This document shows, piece after piece, positions 29,228 to 41,400 of a stretch of 64,000 nucleotides of DNA. How positions within the stretch are numbered: the first letter of the stretch is position 1; the number at the start of each line of letters is the position of its first letter. A model generated the notes under the pieces. That model was not told where the DNA came from and made no database searches. It worked only from the letters and a program-made list of their open reading frames with translations. A program made the translations under genes and the position numbers. Source of the DNA: Penicillus capitatus (lineage: Eukaryota; Plantae; Chlorophyta); contig OZ287719.1 of assembly GCA_965649825.1 (NCBI GenBank), forward strand, positions 107,309-171,308. Direction: 5' to 3'.

Positions 29228-31838
29228 TTAATAACGCAACAGAGATTGGAGGGTAGATCGAATATCAGAAGAGCATTTAGCGAACGCGCATATTTGATAG
29301 TAAGGAGACCTTCCGTAACTATCCGTCGTCGTCTTCGATGCGCCGTATCCAAGCAGGACCTGCCTAACAGATTAGACGCAACTCGAATGCCTCTTTAACT
29401 CGCCTTTATGGCGTCGACACGTGCATGTCCTGCTCCAACATGAAGCGGCGTCCTCCGGTAGCGGTTCATCGCTTCGATATTAGCACCTCTATCCAGCAGA
29501 ACCTGCGTCGGCGGCTGTCGAACACAATTAACGGAGAACGGCTGCGTCGTGCACCTTGATGATATCAACTCTATTACCGTAAGCTGCGTGGTGAAGTGGA
29601 GTCCATTGTTCTTTGTCTTTTGCCTCGATAGCAGCACGCCGGTTAAGCAAGACCTACGTCGGCGTTCGTGCCTCAGGACACTGCGAGTCGCTGCGTCGAC
29701 ATACCTTAGTGACGTCAATTCTTCCAAAGCGTGCTGCATAATGAAGTGGTGTCCAGCCATTGTAACCAATCGCCTGTAAGTCTGCACCTCTATCGAGCAG
29801 AACCTGCGTCGATGGACGCGCCTCAGTAGATGGTTCATAGTAACGCCGGCATACCTCGACGACTGGAACCCGTCCACGATTTGCTGCAAGATGAAGTGGC
29901 GTCTGTTGGTGATCGTGTTTCGCCTCAGTGTTCGCACCGCGGTCGATCAGGATCTGCACCGACAGCCATTTACGTATGACTTGGAAAAGTCGCGCCGGTG
30001 CACCTTGATGATTTCAACTCTTGCAGCGTAAGCTGCGTGGTGAAGCGGGGTCCATTTTTCTTTGTCTATCGCCTCGGTATTAGCACCGCGGTCAAGCAGG
30101 ACCTGAATCGGCAGTCGTGCCTCAGCAAACAGCGAGTCGCTGCGTCGACATACCTTAGTGACTTCAATGCTTCCAAAGCGTGATGCGTAATGAAGTGGAC
30201 TCCAGCCATTGTAACCAATTGCTTGCATATTCGCGCCTCTAGCAAGCAGAACCTGCGTCGGCGAACACGCCTTAAGAGACTTGCAGCGGTTGGGTCGACA
30301 CACTTTAGCGACTTGAAGTCTTCCACGGTATGCTGCAAGATGAAGTGGCGTCTGTTGGCGACCGTCTTGCACCTCAATATTCGCACCGCGGTCAAGGAGG
30401 ACCTATGTCGGTAGTTATGCCTCAGAAAACTGCAACAGTCGCGTCGACGCACCTTGACGAATTCAACCTGTCCTGACTCTGCTGCCCGAAGAAGAGCAGT
30501 GGATGTGCTGCTTCCGGTCGACTCGAGCTTGGCGACTTGGTCGAGTATCTACAACGACAGCGACCCATACAAGACCTGTGCTGTCGATCTGCACGGTACC
30601 TCGACGACTTTCGAGTGTCCAGACGCCTTCGCCAGCTGACTTGGAGTACGTCCGTGGCTATCCGTTGTCGCAGACTTAGCGCCACGACCCAGCAGAACCT
30701 ACATCGACAGATATCGCTGGAGAGAGCTTGTGCATCCGCATCGCACCATTGCGACTTCGGCATCTCCTCGAGATGCCGCCCAGGAAAGCGGCGTCCGTCG
30801 ACTGCCGTCGGTGGCGTCGAGCGTTGCGCCACTGTCGAGCAGAACCTGCAGAAGATGCAATCACGATTTTTATAAAGAGAGAGACGCACCTTCACTAGAT
30901 CCACGATCTTCGACTGTGCTGCACGGTGGAGTGGCCTCTGTCCTCCTTCGCCCACCGCCTCTACGTTCGCTCCTCCGCCGATGAGAGCCTGCAGACACGA
31001 CGGTTCTTCACAGATCGCCGCTGGGAGCAGGACGCACTTTGACGATCTCAACGGTCCCGTAGAGCGAAGCGTAATGGAGTGGTCTGTTTTGTCTTGTGTC
31101 GGTTGCCTCGGTGTTAGCGCCGCCGGCGAGGAGAGCCTAAAAAACTTCTGTCCCCGAGGAGCTTGATACAGGTCGTAACTTACTTTGACTATTTCCACGT
31201 TCCGGGTTGAAACGGCGTAGAAAAGCGGCGTCCATTGTGTAGCGGTTGCCGCTTCGATCTCTGCGCCCTCAGCAAGTATAAACTGACAAGACCCCTGTCA
31301 AAAAATTCGCACCGTCAATGACGCACTTTTATCATGTCCGCCTTCTCAGACAGAACGGCGTAGTAGAGCGGCGTCAGCCCTGTCTCGTCCTTGGCTTCAA
31401 TGTCGGCTCCTCCGCGAAGAAGTGCCTGTACAGTCGATAAGCTTCCACGAGTGTTGTCAACAGGCATGTCGCACTTTTGCATCGTCAGTTTTTCCGTTGG
31501 CCACTGCCAGGTGAAGAGGAGTCGGCCCAACGTTGCTGCGACCCACATCGACGCTTGCGCCGCTTCCGACCGAAAACTGTGAAGGCAATTTCCGTATCCA
31601 TAGTCACCCGTAGCGGGACATCGATGACCTGAGGTGTTTGACAGCCGATTACTTTGGCGTCGACTCGCAGTCGCTTGTTATCAAGGCGTTGCTCCGTGGA
31701 CGACAGAACTGCTTCCACAGCAACACGCTCGTCGAAAGATGGATCGGATGGTTCAGCGGCGGCGGTACCCTGGCTGGCGGATGTCGCTCGAAAAACGAGA
31801 AGAAGACATATCCACGCGTGCAGCGCGGCGCACTTCAT
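29228..31838 (-). CDS. Ankyrin-repeat protein with predicted signal peptide (G5), ~13 ANK repeats, about one per exon
   Basis: Start MKCAALHAWICLLLVFRATSASQG; exons such as ALLRGGADIEAKDETGLTPLYYAVLSEKADMIK, VLLDRGANTEAIDKEKWTPLHHAAYAARVEIIK and ILIDRGANTEAKHDHQQTPLHLAANRGRVPVVE; last exon VLLGYGASKTTTDSYGRSPYYQICAFAKCSSDIRSTLQSLLRY-TAA. Confidence 0.78.
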
Positions 31839-33122
31839 GTTTACGCGGAGAAACTGGTTTATACGACCGCGAACGGAAAACGTTTTTCTCGATCGGACTG
31901 AAATGCGAAGCTCGGATCGAATGCGACTTTGGAAATGCGCGGTCGAATTTGAACGTTCCGAGTTGTCATGCTTAGTAACGCTAACAAAACATCATCGCTG
32001 CCCATCGTCGACGTTTCTCTGTGGTTTATACCTCTTGAGGCAGACCCAAGCACGGATTTCCAAACATCCAGGCCAAGGAAAGGTCCATCGTCCGTAGACG
32101 CGCCCTGTCCGCACCGCTGTCTTGCCGCCGTGCTCGCTCTCGCAGTGCTGTACATCGTGAACTACGCAGCTGACGCTGATTAAGCACGCCTGCGGTATCA
32201 CACTCTTCTTTCGAGCCTTTCATGTCCGCGCAGCAAACTTCGTGGCGAATGATGCATGCACGATGCTCTCGTACTTTGAGAGCTTTCACAGAGGAGCGAG
32301 ATGAACGAGATAAGACAGCTGGTGTCAAAACTGGACATCCAGATGATATGCCGTGTATACGTGTTGCGTATTCTTGTGCTTTACAGACACCATGACGAGA
32401 CAAGAGATGTCAGTGGAATGCCCTGAGAGCGTCGAAGGCGTTGACTGAGGTCGGTTTCGCGCTGAGACGCTTCTAACAACGAATAAGCGATTTGCAACAA
32501 AGTATCTCCCGCCACATAGTTTACATTCGATGCCCTCTTTACCTCCACTCTCCATTCTTTCCACGAAATAAATCGAAAAAACAGCAAAGCAGATACCCTT
32601 CCCAGTTCACAGGCTCTTCGCCAACTCTACCAGGTACGACGGATCTCATAGATGCTGGTAACAGGAGACCACTCTAGTGCGTTCTCCTAATATCTGTTGC
32701 CGGATGAAAGAGAAACCGCTTTGCATGACAGCCATCACAAAGACGATCCTCCGTGTTTTTGAGAGATTTCATGCGAAAGGCTTGCTAGACACACCACTCG
32801 TCCGTTGAGAGACCCATTTCCCTTGAAGCCGACCATCGCGGTCACACCTGCCCTCAACAATGTGAAGGAAAGGAAATGAACTCGTTTATGAAATGCAAAG
32901 GAAAACTGGCTAACCGACCGATGTCCTGCACAGATAGATAGATACCTAATGGTAAGCAGCACCATTCCTTCCCGTGCGAAAGCAGCAACGTCGGCAGCTG
33001 AGTACAGAAAATAACCCAATGGTTCAAACACACATATTTCAGCCAAGAATCACTCGCGGACGCACTCCTCGCAATAAAAAAGAAGTAACAGAAGAAAGTA
33101 GAAAACAGACGTAGAACTGGGT

Positions 33123-34748
33123 TCATTCGTCATGTTCGTCCCAGTCTGTGGTCTCTATCAGGGATCCATACTCCGTTTGTGCTGGCTCCATGACGTTGCC
33201 ATCGCTACTGTCTTCCCCATCGGATCCCACATTCTCGTCGTTCGTGTCACTGGATGCCACACGTTGTAGCATGGGGTGCATAGGGGTCATGTCATCCGAA
33301 AGCTCGTCACGGTCCTCCGATGTCATAGAGCTCCCAGAAGCCAAACAGAGACAAGATCTTTCCTGACCCTTTGACCGGATCGCTTCCAAAGCACCTAGTC
33401 CCCATCCACACGATCCTCATACGATACGGTCCGTGTGTATGGTGAGGCCTTGCCTTTGGCTTTCCATTCTGCCGCGTTTTTGACTTGCTTGTACTCCTGA
33501 TGCACGATTTTAGCAGTATTGGTGGCGGCATCGTACAGAGATTCGCCTTTCACAACGCGACGCAGACATCCGAACGTTGTCTGATGGATAGCCGCCACAC
33601 TGCGATCTACGTTTGTGTTATTAACCTTCGGAATCAAATGCACATCGGCTTTGCGTATCAAGAAATCCTGAATGCAGCGGATGTTGGTCAAGTGATGGAC
33701 GTATCTGTTGTTCTTGGTGCCGTCCCTTGTCATATACTTCGCCCGAATCGAAAAACGCACCACGTGCTGCTCTTCGTTTCCGATGCAGATGAGAAATGGA
33801 ATGATGGTTGGATGGGTGCGCATCAGACGGATGACAAAATTCAGACTCAGATGCACTCCTTCACAGATGAGTGACTCATTACGTGTCTCCGCTTCCGTAA
33901 TGATATGCTCCAATTGGTCCAACACCGATTCTGCCTGGGCCTTGAAGCCTTTGACGGTCCATTTATTGCCATTGAGATCAGCCGATGGGCCCAATGCGGC
34001 GTGCTCTTGCTGCAGAGCCTGACCGGCGTCGTAGCTCGAGGCAAAGATCAACGGATTCTTTTCTTCCCCTTCGGTCAGACTCCGCATCATATTCCGCACG
34101 CAGTCCGTGGAAATGAGGGTCGAAATGCGCAGCCGAGCAGCCTATGTAGGACATGGGTCCGTCACATCAAGATGGCGGCGGGTTGGGAGTGTGATTTACG
34201 AGCAGAGAGGCGAGGGTCGATTTTCCACATCCACTTGTACCGCAGAGCAAAATGGTGACGCTTCGGCGTTGTTCGCGTAGACTGAGGCGCAAGAGATCGA
34301 TAAAGCAACAATGTGCGGAATGGCCTCACCTGGTGGCAATGCGCCAGTCTTCGGCAACGGTGTTGGATCGAACGTAGACGCTCTCCAAGCACTGCAACAT
34401 GAATTTGTGAAAATCGCGTCGCGGAATGGACACCCAAAACGAGCCGTTGCCACGGGGGTGCATACGCCAAAGGAGACGCGTTTTGCGTTTTTCAACGCCG
34501 AAAAGCAGAGATTCAATTTTTCTGAAGGCATGGGTGCTGAGTTTTTCGGCATAGCGCGGTTTGCAGCCGAGCAGCTGAAGTGTGCCTTTGAGAAAGTCGC
34601 GTGTGTAGATGGGCCCTTCAAGTGCCTCCGATTCTGTGAACGAACCAACGTGGTCGCTCGTGAGCAACACGTACGCAATCCGATTCATCGCAAACGACGA
34701 GACGACGACAGGCGTTGGGCATTGATCGGGCCGTCGATCCATCCATGA
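33123..34748 (-). CDS. LPA1: P-loop NTPase, LPA1 / 2-phosphoglycerate kinase-like protein
   Basis: [21 protein letters not shown]-terminal block; [27 protein letters not shown] Walker A; [12 protein letters not shown]; ICEGVHLS; [10 protein letters not shown]; [28 protein letters not shown]. Start codon uncertain. Confidence 0.85.
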
Positions 34749-35015
34749 TGCCGAGATACGGCTTTACAGGTAGGGCAAGTGTATACGATTGTCGCATACG
34801 GTATGCGTGCGCATCTTCAACGTTGAGTGGCGTCGTGCGTCGTCTCTCACAACGGATAAGCTTAAGCAGCGGCACTCCATCTTACTGTACTATTATGAAG
34901 GAGTGCATGCAAGTGTGAGAATGTGTGAGAAAATACAGTATGGGGAGGAGTGAATCCTCGCATTTTACTTATCCTAAACTTAACAATTTTAGATACGTTT
35001 TGTAGGATGCTACCT

Positions 35016-36218
35016 TTAGCCACCGAGTTTGATGGACTGAAGACTGACATGGAGGACCTTGTCACCCAACAACGCCCCATTCATGTGATCCACGGCCATC
35101 CGCGCTGCACTGGCATCCGTGTAATTCACAAATCCGATCCCCTTACAGGCACCCGTCGCTTCATCTGGCATCGGCTTGACGCTCGTAATGGCACCGAATC
35201 TTGCAAACTTCTCATAGAGAAAGAGTTTGTCGGCTGTCGGTGGCAGATTTTTGATATAGATACTGCATGGCTGAGGCGGCGGCGGCGATGTGTAGTTTCC
35301 GGGACGCGGGGTATAGACAGGTGTATATGTCGTCGGAGCAGGTGTGACCGAATACGCCGCCGCCGCGGCCGCCGCCGGATCCAATGTCCATCCCGTTCCC
35401 GGATACGGTCCACCGCTTTCCACAGCATAAACGGGCTGCTGCTGTGCGATCTGCAATCCCTGAGGTGGCGGCGTCGTATAAGAAACGTAACGCGCATAAG
35501 GATGATGGTGAGGAGGCGGCTGTGAGTGATGGCCATTCTTCTTCGCCTTCCGTCTGACTTTCTCTTCCGGCGTATCCGCATAACGAACGAACAACATATC
35601 CGAACCTCCCTGCGGTATGCGTCCATTCAATCCAGCTATGGCCTGCGATGCCTCAGCCACCGTGGACATGCGAACGAGCCCGCCCGCTCCACGGGTGCCC
35701 TCGCCAGAATGTAGAACGCGGCAGGTCATGACCGAGCCATAGTGTGAGAAGAGCGCCGTCATTTCTTCGGTTCCCCATGTACTGGGCAGATTCCGAACAT
35801 AGAGATTGTCGCTGGGCGTCCCACTCGAGGCCTTCTCTCCTGGGTCTTGGTCGGCGAGTTTGACTTCGATGGGCGTCCCGTTGATCAGCGCACCATTCAT
35901 TCCCTCAATCGCACCGCGTGCCTCCTGTCGACTACGAAACTTGACAAATCCAAACGTGCGGCCCGTTGTGTTCTGAGGGTTGCGCTGCACTCGACAACAC
36001 TCGATCGTTCCGTACTGCTCGAAGAGTTTCGTCAGCGTCGCCTCGTCCACATGGACGGGCAACTTAGCGATGTAGACATTGCTGTTGGAGACGGGTGACG
36101 TCGCGCGATACTCCGACGATGAAGGCGAGGCGTTCAGAGGAAACATCGTATTCGCGACAACGTTCATCATTTTCGCGAAATTGCATGCATCTGGCCGCTG
36201 TGATGCAGAGATATGCAT
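35016..36218 (-). CDS. RNA-binding protein with three RRM domains (ELAV/Hu-like architecture)
   Basis: NVYIAKLP...FGFVKF, NLYVRNLP...GGLVRM and SIYIKNLP...GIGFVNY RNP2/RNP1 pairs in ORF 35016..36482; true start probably at 36218 or 36170. Confidence 0.88.
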   Translation of the reverse strand: MHISASQRPDACNFAKMMNVVANTMFPLNASPSSSEYRATSPVSNSNVYIAKLPVHVDEATLTKLFEQYGTIECCRVQRNPQNTTGRTFGFVKFRSRQEARGAIEGMNGALINGTPIEVKLADQDPGEKASSGTPSDNLYVRNLPSTWGTEEMTALFSHYGSVMTCRVLHSGEGTRGAGGLVRMSTVAEASQAIAGLNGRIPQGGSDMLFVRYADTPEEKVRRKAKKNGHHSQPPPHHHPYARYVSYTTPPPQGLQIAQQQPVYAVESGGPYPGTGWTLDPAAAAAAAYSVTPAPTTYTPVYTPRPGNYTSPPPPQPCSIYIKNLPPTADKLFLYEKFARFGAITSVKPMPDEATGACKGIGFVNYTDASAARMAVDHMNGALLGDKVLHVSLQSIKLGG

Positions 36219-36310
36219 GGACGGGTGGTCAGCTGAGGGATCGCTGGTATAGGACGCCACGACGTTGCGTTGCGCACCATGCCGTCCTTCCCCGTCGCGA
36301 GCGGCCAGCG

Positions 36311-36785
36311 ATGCGCACGTCACATCATCGAGCGATGTCCTCTGCATTCCAAACCTTCCGCTGTAAGGCAGAGGCATCCGGTACGTGCTTACGTGATGTG
36401 ACGTGTCGGTTGGTGAGATGTGTGTGACGTAGGAAGTGTGTCCGCCGTGCCGATTGCGTTGACGGCCAAGGCACTGAGTCATTTGAAGAAGCTAAGGGCG
36501 GAGCATGACGATCGCAATCTGCTGTTTCGTGTGGGTGTGCGATCGGGCGGCTGCAGTGGACTGTCCTATATTATGGAGTTCGAATCTGAAGGCAACGTCA
36601 CATCAGATGATGCTGTCTTTGACTATGACGACGGCAATTTCAAGATGATCTGCGATCCCAAATCTCTCCTCTACCTTTTCGGCATGGAGCTTGACTACAG
36701 TGATGCCCTTATTGGCGGAGGCTTTCAATTTCACAACCCCAATGCCACGGACACGTGTGGGTGTGGGAAATCGTTTGGCGTGTGA
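36311..36785 (+). CDS. iscA: Iron-sulfur cluster assembly A-type carrier (HesB family), probably plastid-targeted; 2 exons
   Basis: Exon 1 36311-36380 MRTSHHRAMSSAFQTFRCKAEAS; intron 36381-36432 (GT..AG); exon 2 RVGVRSGGCSGLSY...CDPKSLLYLFGMELDYSDALIGGGFQFHNPNATDTCGCGKSF. Confidence 0.92.
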
Positions 36786-36842
36786 AGGCGCAAGGTTTGA
36801 TGGGACATTTGCATGAACGATGGTATCGTGTAAGCCGTCACA

Positions 36843-38021
36843 TCATTGAGGGGCCTCATCCTTGTCTGATGGACCCGACGTTGGTTGGAGGTATTGATAG
36901 GGATCGTAGTTTTGGTTATAGACATATCCATTGGATTTGTCGATGAGATTGACCAAACGCGTGATGCTCTCTTTGTCCTGTAGACAGGGAATGAAAATAT
37001 GTGTGAGATGAAAGAGTGACTGTGTGAGGTACTTGGATAGCAAGAGGCGTGAAACCGACGAGACTGAAATCTTCGACCACTTCGCAGATGGCAGAGCTCA
37101 TGGACCTTCTCAACAGACATTCCACAGTGTCTTCACAAAAAGAGTGAGATGTGTGACTTGAATTTCTTCGAGAAGGCTTTCTCATCTTTCATCGTGTCCA
37201 GCAGAACGGACAGATCTTGCACTTCTGTGTAGAAGTCCAGGCGAAAGGCTATAGGCAAAAGAGTGAGATGACCCTTATGTATGCGAGCAGGGTTGTGACG
37301 GTCACACCTAAATCTCCGTACTGTCGAATGAGATCCATTTTGGATAGGACGTTGATGTGTGGCAACTCTAAATGCAGCATCGTACTCAACGACAAGACCA
37401 GAGCACTGATGTACCTAATCATCAGACGTCACATCAAACAGAGTATGCAAGAGTGAGATGCAAGGTCACACTTGTGCGGATCGGTACAGAGCATCGCATC
37501 GACCAGATGGACTGCCGTTAGTCGACAGCCCATCTGTTTAGAGAGATGACCCAAGATCTGTTTCAGACTGTCATGCAACGTAAAGAGCTCGACCTGTCCG
37601 GGACAGTCAAAAAGAAAATAGCATCCCTCTGCAAAAAAGTGAGAACAGAATGTGTGAGATCTCATTTAAATGTGAATTGACCTCTGGCAAGAGGTCGAAT
37701 GCGCTGTTCAAGCCAGTCCATGTTCTTGTGCAGTACGTCCATGCAGTAGACGAGACCGCCATTCGGTCCGAGTCGCTGTTCTTCTTGGACGCGTTCGAGA
37801 GAGACGAGGTCGCTGACGTCGACATCCGGTTTGAAGGGCAGGACGTCGTTGGCTGGGTCCAGATTCACCACAGCGACGCGTCGTCCTGCGGGATGGAAGT
37901 GACAAACGTGTCAGGTGATGTGACACGTATGACCTATGGCATGGTAGAATTGCCGCATGCCATTGCAGTAGGTCGTTTTTCCACTTCCTGCCGGACCGAT
38001 GATGACCTGACCATAAGCCAT
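36843..38021 (-). CDS. GPN2: GPN-loop GTPase 2, multi-exon
   Basis: [22 protein letters not shown]; VNLDPAND; [11 protein letters not shown]; [16 protein letters not shown]; [14 protein letters not shown]. Confidence 0.9.
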
Positions 38022-38405
38022 GAAACAAAACGCCGTGTCGTACGTCGAACGACAGACGTCACATCGATCAACTTCGCGTGATGTGACAGATCCGCACCCA
38101 CAGCATCTCACTCTTTGGCAGCAAGCGTCATGAGAGGCACGTACTGTAGACAGACGTAGTGTCAAAGAGTGAGATGCCGTTAAGTATTGGAATGAAGACC
38201 TGTGGTCATCTAAGGGACAGGACTAGAAAACAATCCACTTAAATCAAACAGTTTCGCGCTAAGTGCCACAATCAATCAATCAATCAACGCAACGAACGAT
38301 GTCGTGATCCCCCTCCATCGAACATAAACACGCATTGAGAAATTCGGAAACAAAATCAAACTGGCGTTGGCAACGCCATACTGTGTGAAACAGCCCCCAT
38401 GTGTG

Positions 38406-41400
38406 CTAGATACTGATCGATCTAATAAGATGTATATCCTCTTCTTTTGTTTTCACAGAATCGCCATTTTCAAAAACAAACGATGTCGACAAGTGCTCTT
38501 CCAATGTCATCTGGCATTCGACATCATCTTCAAAATCTTCTGGCGATTTTGCGTTTTTCAATGTTTTGTAGAGTGCACGTGCTTTGACAAATATGCTGCG
38601 AATGCTCAGACTGTTCTGAAGTGTGTCCAGAAAGTCTGGGTCTGCCAGTTGCAGCTTGAAATCCAAGACCACGTGAACACCGCAGTACAGACGATACATT
38701 AAATAGGCTAGGAAGACGACGTTAAAGGCAAAAGAAAAGACAGTGATGAGCCATCTGCCCAGAGAGGACGACGTTGTGTCGTTGAGCACGATGGCAGTAT
38801 AGAACACACTAGCAGAAGCGCTGAGCGATGCCGTTTCCAGTACATTAAGATGCACGGCATTATTAAAGCGCAGCCAACCTGCACCCAGTCTTCCCATGCC
38901 GAGCCGTGTAAAGAGGTCGCTGGCATAGTCTGGGACATTGTGATGATTCTCTGGAATCTTAAACGGGACGAAAAATGCCTGCAGAGCAAGGGAGATGGTG
39001 AGCACACCAGCGCAGACCGATGCTTGCAGACTCGGTGTCATGTGGACCGAAAACACCACCACGGCAGCTATAGCTGATTTTCTGACGAGTACGGTCGACT
39101 CCCAGGCAACGGTATACCACTGACAACGGTACCCCTGAAACAGAAACCAGTATCGCGAAATGAACTTCGTCTTTCTCTTGTGTTTCTTGTTCAGCGGTAG
39201 CCAGAGGACGATCGCGATCACGACTAAAAACGCCATGATCAGACCGGCAATGCCCGTGATGCCGAGAGGGAGATGCGAGTCGTGAAAGCATGTCAGCTGC
39301 GTATCCTCGCCCCAGACATAATCCTTGACGTCCTCTGTTGCGTACTCGATGTAGGGATGATCGGGATCGATATCTTCAAACACTTTCGACATATCGACGC
39401 AATTCACTGTTCTGAGCAGCTCCCTGACGACATCGATGTAGATGAGGTGCAGGGAGACGACAAAAATGACGATGGTGTATGTCAGGAGAGATTCTCCATA
39501 GGACTGTTTTCCAGCATCCGATGTCTGTCGGAAGACATCGCGTATCTTCGTGAAACTCCAAACGAACACAAATAGGACGAGCAGTACCAGGACGACGATA
39601 AACGGCGTTGTCAGTTTCATCCACAGAGCAACAACGGACGCCCGTGTGCTGTGATTCTGAAAACCGCATTCGTAAGAGGTAGACACCGTCGCCGTCAATG
39701 AGCCAACCAACGATGCTGTAGAACACAAATGATCATCTCGTATGAGGGTAGTACTGAAGGAATGGTGTACCTTGAATGTGCAGCAACGTCTGTAACGGTC
39801 CGCTCCAGTCTGTCTGCAAACGCAGGGCAGTGCCTGTGACTTGGAGATAGTTGATCAGTATCTGAAACGCAGACAGACGGCGTCGCCCAAGCGTCGGTTG
39901 AGAAAGCAGGACCTTGAGCGTTTCTGTCAACAGAACTGTCGCAACGAGCTGCTTCGCAAGGAGTGGCTGTATGGACGCAGCGACCTGTCTGCCGTTGCCA
40001 ACGATCCCTGGACCAGCAGCATTTTGCGCCGCAAAGATATCGGAAGCATTACCTGACTGTTGTCGATTGATGACTCTGGAGCTTTGAACGGCGAAACCGC
40101 AGACGGGCGTCGGCGTCGGCGCCGGAAGCATTCCGACTTGACTCCGCGCTCGTGTCCGCAGTTCATACTTTGCCAGTGCCACTCGAGCATCGGTCGATAC
40201 CAAAGTGATGGCACAGTTTGCGCCGATCAGCAGGAACAGCCAGAGGACGGCAGCGAAGAAACGAATCTGACTCGCTGCACTGCTCTCCAGGCACGCCTCA
40301 CACTCTCCCGTATAGGAATGCCCATAACCGTCCTCACAGGAACCGCACAATGGCCCTCTGTATCCGTCAGCACACTGCTTGTATTCCTCAGACGTGTTTC
40401 CTTCGTCACGCCGCCCCGAATCTTCCTCCAATGCTTTCAGATACTCTGGTAGTTTTTCAGGTTCGGCATAAAACTGCTCCAGATGCTCGTGTCTTCCTTC
40501 GTAGCGACAGGCAGCGAGGGACATGCATCTGTGGAATACTGGCGAGAAGGGCGTCGAATGCCAGTAACCTTCTCGCGGCACCAACACCGCTCCACCGCTG
40601 CACACTGCGTTCGCTTCGCACGGGCGACACTTATCAAGAGATTGATTAAATCCATACTGCTCGACGAGGCATCTGTCGCAGACTTCACCATTGACTTGCT
40701 CTCCCGGATAGCACTCCCTTGTGTGCAGCTCGATCTTCGCGTTAATACGGTGATCTCTCTCACTCGAGATGGTAAAGGTACAAGTCTGGTTGATTCCCCA
40801 AGTCCTCGTGCTGTTAATGGTGACCGTCCCATTGACGGCGGTGTAACGGTGATCGCCGACGATGAGTTTGGAGAAGATGCTGATTGTGAGATTCGCATCG
40901 TCGATGCCTCCGTCGATCGTCTGATTAAATGCGTCCTTCACGATGAAGCGCAACGGTAACCAGCAGTTCTTCTCCGTCCCATCATCACAATTACAATTGT
41001 TCTCCCGTGCAGGATTGCACGGCAGATCGACGTTCTCTCCACTCGCGACGCGTCGGAGATGTTTCTTTCCTCCCTCAACGACGAGTGTCACTGTACGTGT
41101 GCCGATCTGGGAACTCTCAGTTTTCGCATCCAGGAGCTTGTTTTCTTCGATTCTCGATGAGATGGGAGATTTCGGTTCGGATCCGTCGACCAGATGCGTG
41201 AGACTGCCAGCCAAGCACATTTCGCTGAAGTTGTGACCGCATGCAAAGGCGACTCCGTTTGGATGCGAGATGAAGATGCCGCCGGCGAACTGCGCTCGAT
41301 TGTGCGTGACGTCGATGCTGTGGACTTCGAATTTCTGACAGGCGTCGTAGCCGGGAATGGCAGACAAACATGATTTCAAGTCACCTTTTTTGTTCCAGTA

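Noticed and set aside
31859-33046. Short ORFs between G5 and LPA1
   Set aside because: No motif, homology within the window or splice pattern that I could support.
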